From an uncultured Parcubacteria group bacterium (GTDB lineage Bacteria; Patescibacteriota; Patescibacteriia; UBA9934; CAMTUG01), in contig CAMTUG010000001.1 in assembly GCA_947084965.1 (NCBI GenBank), positions 211,914 through 275,913 on the forward strand: a stretch of 64,000 nucleotides of DNA, read 5' to 3'. Positions 52,811 through 62,951 of the stretch are shown in pieces. The stretch's first letter is position 1. Every line of letters begins with the position of its first letter. Position numbers and translations under genes: made by a program. Below the pieces are notes generated by a model. That model had not been told where the DNA came from. It searched no databases and was given only the letters and a program-made list of their open reading frames with translations.

Positions 52811-53670
52811 ACGGACAAGCAAAGCCACAGATCAGCCTGATCATCGTGAGCTTGAACGTGCGTGATTTGCTCCGCAAGAATTTGGATTCTATTTTTTCTA
52901 CCGACTCCGCCTGCACGTTCGAAGTGATCGTGATCGATAATGGATCGGAAGACAAAACAGCCAGAATGGTCCGCGAGGATTTTCCTCAGGTACATCTGAT
53001 TCAGAACGACTACAATTCGGGGTTTGCCCACGCCTGTAACCAGGGTCTTGCCGTAGCCCAGGGCGATGTTCTTGTCTTGTATAATCCAGATATGCTTATG
53101 GGCGATGGGGTCCTTGATCACACCTGGAACACGCTTACGTCCCGATCAGAGATTGGTGTCCTCGGGGTGCAGTTGCGCAAAGAAGACGGATCGTTGGTGC
53201 GTTCCGTCCGGCGTGATCCGGGGCTTCAAGACCAGTTGGCGGTTTTGCTCAAGCTCCCGCATCTTTTTCCAAACGTCGTGAAGCAGTACCTGGCCGAAGA
53301 TATAGACCAGCGGGTGAGTCAAGAAGTCGAGCAGCTGCGTGGTTCGTATTTCGCTTTCCGTCGTGATGTCATGGAGAAGATCGGCGTGCTGGACGAAAAG
53401 AACTTTTTTGTCTGGTTTGAAGAAGTCGATTTTTGCAAACGTGTCCGTGCGGCTGGGTTGAAGGTTTGGTTTAGCGCCGAAGTTTTCTGCACCGACCTTG
53501 TTGGCCAGACGTTTAAAACGCAGCCCACGGCGTTAAAGCAAGCACGATTCTCAAAAAGTTTGGCCAATTATTTTAAAAAGTGGCATCCGCGCTGGCAGTC
53601 CGTCGTCATCACGATCCTTCGTCCGTTGGCGATTGCTGCTGGATACGCCCACGATCTATGGCGACGTTAG
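52807..53670 (+). CDS. Glycosyltransferase family 2
   Basis: VIDNGS.D, N.GFA.A.NQG, NPD, FEEVDFC. Confidence 0.92.
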   Translation: MNGQAKPQISLIIVSLNVRDLLRKNLDSIFSTDSACTFEVIVIDNGSEDKTARMVREDFPQVHLIQNDYNSGFAHACNQGLAVAQGDVLVLYNPDMLMGDGVLDHTWNTLTSRSEIGVLGVQLRKEDGSLVRSVRRDPGLQDQLAVLLKLPHLFPNVVKQYLAEDIDQRVSQEVEQLRGSYFAFRRDVMEKIGVLDEKNFFVWFEEVDFCKRVRAAGLKVWFSAEVFCTDLVGQTFKTQPTALKQARFSKSLANYFKKWHPRWQSVVITILRPLAIAAGYAHDLWRR

Positions 53671-54521
53671 TCCTTCAACTCGGGACCCATCATCGCACGG
53701 AAACGCTTCCGGCGTTATTCGCGTCGCTTTCATCGCAGACAGACAAAGATTGGACTCTGTACTGGTGTGATGACGCTTCGACGCCAGAAGAACGGGCGAT
53801 GATGCGTCAGATTCTCGAGGAATCACATCCCAGTTACACCGTCGTGACAGCGGACAGCGATCTGAACATCGGTTTTTCTGGCGTGCACGAGCGATTATAC
53901 GAAATGCACGATGCGGATTACGTGATGCTCGTCAATGACGACGCGATTCTCGAGCCTGGTTATGTTGCCGGGCTTCGGGCCCATCTCGATACGCACCCGG
54001 ATGTTGCTTCTGTCAGCGGAAAGATTCTTCGTTATAACACGGATGCATCTGGCGCTATTGTGAAGACGGAGGTGATTGATTCGCTCGGCTTAGCACGAAC
54101 GCGCTATCACAAAGTGTATGATATCGGAGCGGGGGAGCGAGCGCCGGAGATGATAGGGCCGGTACAGGTTTTTGGTGTCTCTGGCTGTCTGCCGATGTAT
54201 CGTCGAAGCGCAATCGGCGATCAACTGTTTGATCCTTCATACTTCATGTATAAAGAAGATGTTGATGTCGCCTATCGTCTACAGGCCGCGGGGTTTGAGG
54301 CGGCGATCGTGCCGGAGGCCGTTGCGTATCACAAGCGTAGTTTTCGCAAGTCCGTATTGCACCTGGGCGTTTCTCGTAAATCACAATGGCTGTCGTATCG
54401 CAATCATTGGCGCAACTTGCGCAAGCATCTCACCTTGAAAGATTGGCTCTTAGATGGTTGGGCCATCCTTCCGTTTGAAGCGGCGAAGGCGATCTTTATG
54501 CTCGTTCGATCTGTTGTATGA
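53658..54521 (+). CDS. Glycosyltransferase family 2
   Basis: DDAS, NIGFS, NDD, FMYKEDVD. Confidence 0.9.
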   Translation: MATLVLQLGTHHRTETLPALFASLSSQTDKDWTLYWCDDASTPEERAMMRQILEESHPSYTVVTADSDLNIGFSGVHERLYEMHDADYVMLVNDDAILEPGYVAGLRAHLDTHPDVASVSGKILRYNTDASGAIVKTEVIDSLGLARTRYHKVYDIGAGERAPEMIGPVQVFGVSGCLPMYRRSAIGDQLFDPSYFMYKEDVDVAYRLQAAGFEAAIVPEAVAYHKRSFRKSVLHLGVSRKSQWLSYRNHWRNLRKHLTLKDWLLDGWAILPFEAAKAIFMLVRSVV

Positions 54522-55318
54522 AATACGATATCGCTATTGTCACCGTTTCTACCAACATGCTCCATGAAGCCTGTCTGACTTCGGTTCGGCAGTTGATGGA
54601 TGCCACCCCGCTCAAGATCGCGTTTGTCCTCGTTGATAACGGTTCCACGAAATTTAATGCCCATGCGCTCGCCAAATCACACCTCAAAGAGGCACACGTT
54701 ATTTTGCGCAACGGCAATCATGGGTTTGGGCGCTCTAGCAATCGTGGCGCACGAGAGGTTGAAGCGGACTACTATTTCTTTTTAAATCCCGACACCTGCA
54801 TTAAAGATCTCACCCTGCTTTCACGACTGCATGACTTCATGAAGCAACATCCGAAGGTGGGGATCGCTGCGCCAAAGATTTTGTACATGGACGGCCGGGT
54901 GCAAGAAACGTGTCGTCGTTTTCCAAGCTGGTTTGCTCCGATCGCCCAGCGCACCAAGCTGTTACCGAAGAAATTAACCGAAGAGCATCGTAAGCGATTT
55001 TTGATGGAGGACTTTGGGCACAACAAGCGCCGGATGGTTGATTGGGTGCAAGGAAGTGCGTTCATGATTGAAGGCGAGTTGTTTCATCAGTTGGGCGGAT
55101 TTGATGATCGTTTTTGGATGTACTATGAGGACGTGGACTTGTGTCGCCGTTCTTGGAACGAAGGTCGACCGGTGTATTACCTGCCTGATGTGGAAATTTA
55201 TCACGCCTATGGCAAAGAGTCGGCCAAGGTGGAAGGGATCGTCAGCGGGATCGTCAAAAACAACAAAGCACGTCAGCATATTTTGAGCTGGATGAAGTAC
55301 ACCTTAAAGTGGCTATGA
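54518..55318 (+). CDS. Glycosyltransferase family 2 (rhamnosyltransferase-like)
   Basis: DNGS, N.GFG, LNPD, DWV.GS, MYYEDVDLCRR. Confidence 0.92.
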   Translation: MKYDIAIVTVSTNMLHEACLTSVRQLMDATPLKIAFVLVDNGSTKFNAHALAKSHLKEAHVILRNGNHGFGRSSNRGAREVEADYYFFLNPDTCIKDLTLLSRLHDFMKQHPKVGIAAPKILYMDGRVQETCRRFPSWFAPIAQRTKLLPKKLTEEHRKRFLMEDFGHNKRRMVDWVQGSAFMIEGELFHQLGGFDDRFWMYYEDVDLCRRSWNEGRPVYYLPDVEIYHAYGKESAKVEGIVSGIVKNNKARQHILSWMKYTLKWL

Positions 55319-56370
55319 ATCCATTAGTCGTAGTTCAAATTCTTCTGTACAACGAGCCGTTCGATGGGATCGATCGGTTGCTTGCTTCGCTTGAGGCAGT
55401 CGATTATCCGCTTGGTCGCTGGAAGGTGGTGATCGTCAATAATCAATGTGCGGGTTTTGATATTGCCGGACATTTTGAAAAGAAATGGCGGGCCAAGGTC
55501 GGCGTGTCGCTTCCGGAAACGGTTTTTCAGGTGCAGAAAAATAATGGGTTTGCCGGTGGACACAATTCTGCTCACGCGATCAGCAAAACGTTTCACCCGG
55601 AGTATATCTACTTGCTGAATGGGGATGCGCATGTAGACCATCAGTTTTTGTGGCGAGTGGTGCAGGCGGCGGAAGCACATCCGAACGCGGCACTCGTTCA
55701 GTCGCGCATCCTGTTAGATCAAGATCGCGAGAAGATTAACTCGATCGGCAATGCGTTGCATTTTCTCGGGTTTGGGTTTTCTAAGACGACCGATGAATCT
55801 TCTCTCCCGACCTTTTATGCTTCTGGTGCGGGGGTGTTGATTCGCACGGCGATGTTGCACGGACGGATGTTTGACGACGGGTATTTTATGTATCACGACG
55901 ACGTTGATCTTGGCTGGCGTGCTCGGCTGGCCGGTCACGATATTGTGATCGCCAATGATTCCGTGATTTATCATCACTACGAGTTTTCGCGCAGCATTAA
56001 AAAGTTTTATTGGATGGAACGCAATCGTCACCTGACCAATCTTGCCAATTATAAACTGGGCACGTTGATCTTGATCGCACCCGCGGCGATCATCATGGAG
56101 TTCGGGACACTGATTTTTGCGATCAAAGGTGGGTGGGCGAAAGAAAAAGTCCGCTCGTGGCTGCATTTCTTTAAACCGTCCACATGGAGATGGATTTTCC
56201 GTACCCGTTACGAAGTCGCTGGTTTGCGCAACGTGACCGATCGCGTGATTCTTTCAAAGATGGTTGGGGTAATCGAGAATCAGGAAACAAATAATCCATT
56301 CGTTCTCTATCTCGTTAATCCGCTGATGTCCTTGTATCTCGTCATCCTGCGCACCCTTGTCAGGTGGTAG
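55315..56370 (+). CDS. Glycosyltransferase family 2
   Basis: NNGFAGGHN, LLNGD, FMYHDDVD, ERNR. Confidence 0.9.
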   Translation: MNPLVVVQILLYNEPFDGIDRLLASLEAVDYPLGRWKVVIVNNQCAGFDIAGHFEKKWRAKVGVSLPETVFQVQKNNGFAGGHNSAHAISKTFHPEYIYLLNGDAHVDHQFLWRVVQAAEAHPNAALVQSRILLDQDREKINSIGNALHFLGFGFSKTTDESSLPTFYASGAGVLIRTAMLHGRMFDDGYFMYHDDVDLGWRARLAGHDIVIANDSVIYHHYEFSRSIKKFYWMERNRHLTNLANYKLGTLILIAPAAIIMEFGTLIFAIKGGWAKEKVRSWLHFFKPSTWRWIFRTRYEVAGLRNVTDRVILSKMVGVIENQETNNPFVLYLVNPLMSLYLVILRTLVRW

Positions 56371-56408
56371 GGAACGTGATACGTTCACCCGTCCCAAGGA
56401 GGTCTTTC

Positions 56409-56846
56409 ATGCCGTTCCGCATCCTGTTCAAGCTCTTCGGTCTCTCTGCTCTCGCTGCCCGTTTCGGACGACGGCGGGGTGTCGAGACGATCGAGGTGGA
56501 CGATACTCCGCTTCCCCTCGACGTGCAGATGGAGCTGGCGCTCATGACGATCACGGCGTTCGTCGAGGTCGGCGCCTCGGACAGGTCGCTCGCGACGATG
56601 CGGATGCTGCAGCGGAACGCAACGTTCGCGATGTACGAACAGGCCAAGACCCGGCGCGAGCGGGCGGCGGTCGATCTCTTCGCCCTGGCGATCGACTTCT
56701 GCCTGAGGGACGTCACCGTCGAGGAGTTCTCCCGAGGGGTCCAGGTGCATACGCAGACGTCTCGGCCGCTCCTGCCGCAGGTCGGGCGCCTCATCGAGCT
56801 CTTCCCGTTCCTTCGGGAGAAGATCCCCATCAGCGTTTCCTGCTAG
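56409..56846 (+). CDS. GC-rich orphan protein
   Basis: AAGGAGGT SD before MPFRILF; C/G-ending codons. Confidence 0.7.
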   Translation: MPFRILFKLFGLSALAARFGRRRGVETIEVDDTPLPLDVQMELALMTITAFVEVGASDRSLATMRMLQRNATFAMYEQAKTRRERAAVDLFALAIDFCLRDVTVEEFSRGVQVHTQTSRPLLPQVGRLIELFPFLREKIPISVSC

Positions 56847-56907
56847 ACCGCGCTCCCGGCGCCCTTCGACACGAAGTCGCGCCACACTCTGGAGCGCGGC
56901 TTTCGTT

Positions 56908-58017
56908 TTAACGCGTCAGACCGATGCTATATATTCCCTCCGTACCCTGAACGCTCCCGACGAAGAAGCCGGTGCGGCCGCGGGTGTCGATCCAGAAGGT
57001 GTCGATCGCCTCTGCCGAAATGATGGGAACAAGAACGGGGCGCGCAGGATCAGAATAGTCCACAGCCGTCACCGCTGTTTCTGTGACAAGAAAGACCGTT
57101 GCGGTGGCGGGAAAGGGAACGGCGTCCTGTAAATAGACCCCGGAGCGTGTCAGGAGCGTATCGTTTCCCGTTGCTGGATCAAAGCGATGCACTTCGAATC
57201 CATCGCTGTAAAGCAGTCCTGTCGATTCCCAATGGAACGATTCCGCCCGAACGTTCAAGAGGATCGGCGGTCCTTCCGTTCTGATATCAACAAGGACGAG
57301 TCGTGCGGCGCGTTGATCGAAAAAAAGAAGGAGATTACCGCGCTGTTCTTCGATGGTGTACGTGCCGGATGGCAAGACAGCGATCGTGGCTTTGTCTATT
57401 GTTTCGATAAGCTGAATACCGTCCTCCGTTTCTTTCAATGCGTAGAGTTCTGTGGTCGATGGAGGGTGGGCCAGCTCGTGGATCATCGTGATGAGTTGAT
57501 CCGGGCTGACGGACGCGGCGCTTAACCGGTCGCGTAAGACGACTTCACCGGTTTCCACGTTTTCCGTCCACAGCTCAATCCAAGAGCCAACGATCGTGGC
57601 ATAGGCAACGCTCGGTCCATTGCCGGTCGCCGCGCTTGCCACCAGGTCGATGCTGCGTAAGAGCTTCGGTTCTGTTGCTAAGAAGAGGACGACATCTTCC
57701 ACATACGTTGTCTGTCGACTGCGCACCTCGATGTCGCGTTCCCATGTTTGATATCCTTCCTTTTTAAAACTGAGGTGATACGTTCCCGGCAACGTGCGTT
57801 TGACAATGGCTGGGGTCGTGTCCGAAAAAACGTTATGGTCGAGGGAGACCGTGGCCCCGCGTGGAACGGTCGAAAGGGAAAGGGCCCCCGTTTGCACGAG
57901 CGAGCGCGTGGTCAGATCCAGTCGAAATCCCATGGTGTACAAAACGACCGTCGGAGCGGCGATCAGAAAGAGGGTGATGTACAACCAGAAGAACGCTTTG
58001 CGAATCCGCAGTGACAT
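56908..58017 (-). CDS. Membrane-anchored PEGA domain protein
   Basis: TM then TG.LS..T.P.GA.V.LD, TP, PGTY.L...KEGY..W. Confidence 0.85.
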   Translation of the reverse strand: MSLRIRKAFFWLYITLFLIAAPTVVLYTMGFRLDLTTRSLVQTGALSLSTVPRGATVSLDHNVFSDTTPAIVKRTLPGTYHLSFKKEGYQTWERDIEVRSRQTTYVEDVVLFLATEPKLLRSIDLVASAATGNGPSVAYATIVGSWIELWTENVETGEVVLRDRLSAASVSPDQLITMIHELAHPPSTTELYALKETEDGIQLIETIDKATIAVLPSGTYTIEEQRGNLLLFFDQRAARLVLVDIRTEGPPILLNVRAESFHWESTGLLYSDGFEVHRFDPATGNDTLLTRSGVYLQDAVPFPATATVFLVTETAVTAVDYSDPARPVLVPIISAEAIDTFWIDTRGRTGFFVGSVQGTEGIYSIGLTR

Positions 58018-58081
58018 AGTGGCCGTAAGCATAGTCGATTTTGCCCGCTGCGTCGAGGGGTGGTATGCTAATCGGCGTTTT

Positions 58082-59305
58082 ATGGCAACGTCAACGTTTC
58101 AACGTCCGTTTAAGATTCTGATCATCCTTTTGCTCGTCATCGGGACGTTCTCGATTGGGTTCGAATTGGGAAAAGGTGTTGGGGTTCGCTCCGTGGTGCC
58201 AGAAGGTGAAGGCAAGGTTTTGGGGCAAGGGGAGATCCCAGCCGGACTCGGCGAAGATGTCAATTTTTCGCTCTTTTGGGACGTCTGGGATTTTATCAAG
58301 GACGATTACGTGGATCAGCCAGTTTCGGAAAAGGATCTGTTTTACGGAGCGATGCAAGGACTCGTTTTCGGACTCGGGGATCCGCACAGTGTCTTTTTTA
58401 CCCCCGAAGATGCGGCAGAATTTCAGCAGGATTTGAGTGGGGAGTTTTCTGGGATCGGGGCGGAGATCGGTTTAAAGGATGATCAGCTGCAGATCGTCGC
58501 GCCGCTTCCGGGCACGCCCGCGCAACGTGCTGGGCTCCAGGCGGGGGATGGCATTTACGCGATCGACGGGGTCGACACGGCCGGGATGGCGGTCGATGAA
58601 GCGGTCAGTCGGATTCGTGGAGAAAAGGGAACCCCGGTCGTTTTGACGATCTCCCACAACGGCGTGGATACTCTGGAAGAGGTGACGATCATCCGCGACA
58701 CGATCACAGTGGAAAGTGTGAAGTTGACGATCCGCGAAGACGGGATTGCGGTGATCGATATCTATTTCTTCAACGAAGATACGACGGCGTTGTTTGATGC
58801 GGCTGTGCAAAAGATTCTGACGAGCGATGTCAGCGGGTTGGTCGTTGACTTGCGTAATGATCCTGGGGGGTATCTCACTTCCGCGATTGACGTAGCGAGC
58901 GCTTGGGCCGGGCGCGATGTGATTACGTATGAATCGCAAAAGGATCAAAAGCGTCCGCTGATCGGGACGGGTGAAGCTCTCCTTGCCGGGCTCCCGACCG
59001 TTGTTCTGGTAAACGGTGGGAGCGCTAGTGCATCAGAAATTGTTGCTGGAGCGCTTCAGGATTTTGATCTGGCGACGATCGTTGGCGAACAGACGTTCGG
59101 CAAAGGCTCTGTTCAGGATTATCGCGATTTACCAGACGGTTCAGCGATCAAAATCACGATCGCCAAATGGTTAACGCCAAAGGGGCGTTCGATCGATCAA
59201 CTCGGGATTACGCCAGATGTGATCGTTGAGTTTACGGAAGAGCAGTTTGTGGCCGGAATCGATCCGCAGATGGACAAGGCGATCGAGGTCTTGAATGCAG
59301 AATAG
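58082..59305 (+). CDS. S41 family C-terminal processing peptidase
   Basis: PDZ GIGAEI, DLRNDPGG, SASASEI, TFGKGSVQ. Confidence 0.95.
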   Translation: MATSTFQRPFKILIILLLVIGTFSIGFELGKGVGVRSVVPEGEGKVLGQGEIPAGLGEDVNFSLFWDVWDFIKDDYVDQPVSEKDLFYGAMQGLVFGLGDPHSVFFTPEDAAEFQQDLSGEFSGIGAEIGLKDDQLQIVAPLPGTPAQRAGLQAGDGIYAIDGVDTAGMAVDEAVSRIRGEKGTPVVLTISHNGVDTLEEVTIIRDTITVESVKLTIREDGIAVIDIYFFNEDTTALFDAAVQKILTSDVSGLVVDLRNDPGGYLTSAIDVASAWAGRDVITYESQKDQKRPLIGTGEALLAGLPTVVLVNGGSASASEIVAGALQDFDLATIVGEQTFGKGSVQDYRDLPDGSAIKITIAKWLTPKGRSIDQLGITPDVIVEFTEEQFVAGIDPQMDKAIEVLNAE

Positions 59306-59306
59306 T

Positions 59307-59783
59307 ATGGGAGCAGACGTTGAAGTCATTGAAGAAAAAGCACGGCTGGAAGTTTCTGCTGGTGCGCTCACATTCAAGCGCGGCAAGGACGGCGTGTTTT
59401 TTGCGATGGTCATGGATTCCTACGGCAAGTGGACATTTCCCAAAGGTCATGTGCGTCGCGGGGAAACCCTTTCCGAAGCAGCGATGCGTGAGTGTATGGA
59501 AGAGACCGGGTTGCGCGGGATTCGCCTGAAGCGCAAGCTCGGTTCGATCGATATCTACTTTCGCGATCGCTTTGTCTTCAAAGGACGAATGATTCACAAG
59601 TTCATCCATTACTATCTGTTCGAGGCGTCGCCTCATGCCAAGGTGCGGGTGCCAAAACATTTGGAAGGGGAAAAGATTCAGGAAGTAGCGTGGATTCCGC
59701 GCGAAGTATTACTTGAACGTTCGGCGTATAAAGACATGAAAGAGATCGTCCAGCTGGCAATTTCCGCCACGGGGAGGGTGTGA
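59307..59783 (+). CDS. NUDIX hydrolase (Ap4A hydrolase-like)
   Basis: SAG, WTFPKGH...GE....AAMRECMEETG. Confidence 0.9.
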   Translation: MGADVEVIEEKARLEVSAGALTFKRGKDGVFFAMVMDSYGKWTFPKGHVRRGETLSEAAMRECMEETGLRGIRLKRKLGSIDIYFRDRFVFKGRMIHKFIHYYLFEASPHAKVRVPKHLEGEKIQEVAWIPREVLLERSAYKDMKEIVQLAISATGRV

Positions 59784-59798
59784 TATACTTGGCCTCGT

Positions 59799-60242
59799 AT
59801 GAAAGTTGTTCTTCTCAAAGATGTAAAGACCGTAGGAGCCGAAGGGTCGGTTGTCGAGGTATCTGAAGGATACGCTCGAAATTTTTTGTTCCCGCAAAAT
59901 TTGGCGGTGCAGGCAACACCTCAAGCGATCGCTGCGGCTACGGATAAGAAAAAGCGCATTGCCGGGAAAGAAAAAAAGGAATTGGCGACGGAGCGCAAGT
60001 TAGCTACGAAGCTCGACGGTCTGGAAGTGACGGTTAAGGTGAAGGTAAACGAAAAGGGGGTGCTTTTTGCCGCGGTTTCAGCCAAAGAAGTCGCGAAGGC
60101 GCTCAAAGGATTAAAGCTTGCTGTAGAACCGGATTGGATTATTTTTCAAAAACCGATTAAAGAGACGGGCACGCATCGCGTCACGGTGGACCTTCCGCAC
60201 GGACTTGAGGGGGAGATTCAACTGATCGTCGAGGCGGAGTAA
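59799..60242 (+). CDS. rplI: 50S ribosomal protein L9
   Basis: MKVVLLKDV..VG..G.VVEV.EGYARNFLFP. Confidence 0.97.
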   Translation: MKVVLLKDVKTVGAEGSVVEVSEGYARNFLFPQNLAVQATPQAIAAATDKKKRIAGKEKKELATERKLATKLDGLEVTVKVKVNEKGVLFAAVSAKEVAKALKGLKLAVEPDWIIFQKPIKETGTHRVTVDLPHGLEGEIQLIVEAE

Positions 60243-60249
60243 ATGAGGT

Positions 60250-61869
60250 ATGACCAAATACATTTTTATTTGTGGGGGTGTGATGTCTGGTATTGGAAAG
60301 GGGATTACAACGTCATCGATCGGACGGGTGTTGAAAGATGATGGTTTCTCAGTGACGGTGGCGAAGATTGATCCGTATTTTAATGTCGATGCGGGTACGC
60401 TCAATCCGATCGTTCACGGGGAGGTCTTTGTGACGGACGACGGCACGGAAGCGGATCAAGATTTGGGAAACTACGAACGTTTTCTTGAACAGGACATGGG
60501 CGCCCTGAACATCATGACCTCGGGTCTTGTGTATCGCTCGGTCATTGAACGCGAGCGCAATTTGGAATACGGCGGGAAGGACGTGCAGATGATGACAGAC
60601 ATCGTCGACGAAGTGATCCGCCGTCTGCACGCCCTTGCCAATGCTTCAAAAGCTGATTTTGTCCTTGTGGAAATCGGGGGCACGGCCGGTGACGTCGAAA
60701 ACCTGGTCTTCTTAGAAGCTGCCCGTGTGATGAAGCTCGCTCAACCAGAAGGCGTGCTTTTTGTTTTGGTCAGCTACTTGCCGGTGTTGAACAACACGGG
60801 AGAAATGAAATCAAAGCCAACACAGCACGCTGTGCGCGCCCTCAGCTCTGTCGGTATTCAAGCGGATATTATCATCGCCCGTTCGAGCGTGCCGATGGAT
60901 CAACCGCGCAAAGAAAAGATTTCACGTCTCTGCAACGTACAAGCTCAGGACATTATTTCGGCACCGGATGTGCCGAGTATTTACGAAGTGCCGCTTAACT
61001 TTGAACGCGACCAGATCGGTCGTCGCATTTTGGAAAAAGTGCACATGAAAGCAAAGAATCATAATAACGCTGTTTGGAAGAAACTTGTTGGTACTATTCA
61101 AAAAGCGAAGAAGCCAGTGAACATCGCTATTGTAGGGAAGTATTTCACCAGCGGGGATTTTTCGCTGACAGATTCTTATCTCTCTGTCATCGAAGCGATC
61201 AAGCACGCCTCGTGGTCCGTCGGTCGTAAGCCGGTGATTACTTGGCTTGGTGCGGAATCGTATGAAAAGGATCCAAAGAAACTAAAAGAACTGAGTGCCT
61301 TTGATGGTGTTGTCATTCCTGGTGGTTTTGGTGGGCGCGGGATCGAAGGCAAGATCGCGGCGATCAAGTATCTGCGCGAACACAATATTCCGTTCCTCGG
61401 ACTTTGTTATGGTTTGCAACTCGCTGTTGTGGAATATTCCCGCAACATCCTCGGACTCAAGAAGGCACATACAACCGAGATCGATCCCAAGACTCCGCAC
61501 CCTGTCATCGATACGTTGCCAGATCAGGTTGCCAAGATTATGGCTAAACAGCTTGGGGGGACGATGCGTCTCGGTGCCTACGATTGCAAATTAAAAGCGG
61601 GGAGTGTTGTTCGTAAGCTGTACGGGAAAGAATTGATTAGCGAGCGTCATCGTCATCGTTACGAAGTCAACAATGATTATAAGAAGCAGTTGGAAGATGC
61701 TGGGCTCGTGATTTCTGGTATCAATCCCAAAACTAACTTGGCCGAGATGATTGAACTTCCTGGACACAAGTTTTTCGTCGGAACGCAGGCGCATCCTGAA
61801 CTCAAGTCCCGTCCGCTCCACCCCCACCCGCTGTTTGTTGGGCTTATTAAGGCGGGGATCAAGAAGTAA
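60250..61869 (+). CDS. pyrG: CTP synthase
   Basis: GGVMSGIGKG, HGEVFVT.DG.E.D.DLG, KSKPTQH, GLCYGLQ, ERHRHRYE, HPE. Confidence 0.98.
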   Translation: MTKYIFICGGVMSGIGKGITTSSIGRVLKDDGFSVTVAKIDPYFNVDAGTLNPIVHGEVFVTDDGTEADQDLGNYERFLEQDMGALNIMTSGLVYRSVIERERNLEYGGKDVQMMTDIVDEVIRRLHALANASKADFVLVEIGGTAGDVENLVFLEAARVMKLAQPEGVLFVLVSYLPVLNNTGEMKSKPTQHAVRALSSVGIQADIIIARSSVPMDQPRKEKISRLCNVQAQDIISAPDVPSIYEVPLNFERDQIGRRILEKVHMKAKNHNNAVWKKLVGTIQKAKKPVNIAIVGKYFTSGDFSLTDSYLSVIEAIKHASWSVGRKPVITWLGAESYEKDPKKLKELSAFDGVVIPGGFGGRGIEGKIAAIKYLREHNIPFLGLCYGLQLAVVEYSRNILGLKKAHTTEIDPKTPHPVIDTLPDQVAKIMAKQLGGTMRLGAYDCKLKAGSVVRKLYGKELISERHRHRYEVNNDYKKQLEDAGLVISGINPKTNLAEMIELPGHKFFVGTQAHPELKSRPLHPHPLFVGLIKAGIKK

Positions 61870-61937
61870 GGCGGGCTCTTGACCAATTTGCAGGGATTAT
61901 CTATACTTCCCTCACAAATCTCAAGCAATAAGCCATT

Positions 61938-62225
61938 ATGGCACATAAGAAAGCCGCGGGTTCCACAAGTCTAGGCCGCGATAGCGCTGGAAAGCGCCTC
62001 GGGGTCAAAGTTCCAGACGGCGCCTTTGCTAAGGCCGGCGTCATTTTGGTCCGCCAGCGCGGCACCAAAATTCATCCTGGGAAGAACGTCGAACGGGGGT
62101 CAGATGACACCTTGTTCGCTAAAGTCGCTGGATTGGTGAAATTCACCAAAAAGCAGAAGGAAAACTTTCATGGTGCGCTTCAGTTGCGGACCTACGCACA
62201 CGTGGAACCGGTGAAATCGAAATAA
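61938..62225 (+). CDS. rpmA: 50S ribosomal protein L27
   Basis: [32 protein letters not shown]. Confidence 0.98.
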   Translation: MAHKKAAGSTSLGRDSAGKRLGVKVPDGAFAKAGVILVRQRGTKIHPGKNVERGSDDTLFAKVAGLVKFTKKQKENFHGALQLRTYAHVEPVKSK

Positions 62226-62228
62226 CAA

Positions 62229-62304
62229 GAAGCAGTAAGTGGTAATTGGTAAGTAGAGATGCTCAGTGAGCGTCTCTACTTTCTTTTTACTGCTTACCAC
62301 TTTC
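62229..62304. repeat. Heptamer (AAGTGGT)-flanked hairpin
   Basis: AAGCAGTAAGTGGTAATTGGT...AGTAGAGATGCTC-AGT-GAGCGTCTCTACT...TTACTGCTTACCACTT. Confidence 0.7.
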
Positions 62305-62338
62305 CAAAGACCTTAGATTTTGATACGATCGTACCGAT

Positions 62339-62566
62339 ATGAAAGAGATGATTGAGCAACTTCTGAACGAAATGCGACCGGCGTTCGAACGCCATCGCGG
62401 CAACATCGAACTGGTCGATGTGAACGTGGAAACGGGCGTTGTTTCTGTACGGTTGCAGGGCGCCTGCAAACACTGTCCATTGTCCGAGATGACGTTGAAG
62501 GGCGCCGTTGAATCAACGCTCATGGCTGAAGTTCCTGGCGTGACCGAAGTAATCGCCGTGGCATAA
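62339..62566 (+). CDS. NifU C-terminal domain (NfuA-like) protein
   Basis: RP....H.GNIELV, V.LQGACKHCP.S..TLK. Confidence 0.92.
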   Translation: MKEMIEQLLNEMRPAFERHRGNIELVDVNVETGVVSVRLQGACKHCPLSEMTLKGAVESTLMAEVPGVTEVIAVA

Positions 62567-62568
62567 GT

Positions 62569-62949
62569 GTGATGCTGTTCAAAAAAACTCAACGTCCAAC
62601 GCTTGTTATCGCTCGAACACACCCGTTCGAGCGTGTGGTGATTAGCATTTCGCTGGTGCTGATCGTGCTATCGATCCTCCTCCCGCTCTGGAAGTTGATG
62701 CCCCTTGAAGATAAGTCTGCCATCCCGTTGCACTACAGCGTCATTTTTGGCGTTGATCTTCTAGGTCCGTGGTATCAGGTGTTTTATCTTCCGGCCCTCG
62801 GACTCGTTCTCCTCGGCGCAAATCACGCTTTTGGAAAGATGTTGACCGGGAATGAAAAAATTCTCAGTCGATTTTTTCAAGTGGCAACGTTGATCTGCGA
62901 AGTCGTTTTATTTGTGGCCGTTATCTTGATCGTTTTGCTTAATTTATAG
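62569..62949 (+). CDS. Three-TM membrane protein
   Basis: IPLHY.V.FGVD..G.W motif. Confidence 0.75.
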   Translation: MMLFKKTQRPTLVIARTHPFERVVISISLVLIVLSILLPLWKLMPLEDKSAIPLHYSVIFGVDLLGPWYQVFYLPALGLVLLGANHAFGKMLTGNEKILSRFFQVATLICEVVLFVAVILIVLLNL

Positions 62950-62951
62950 CT

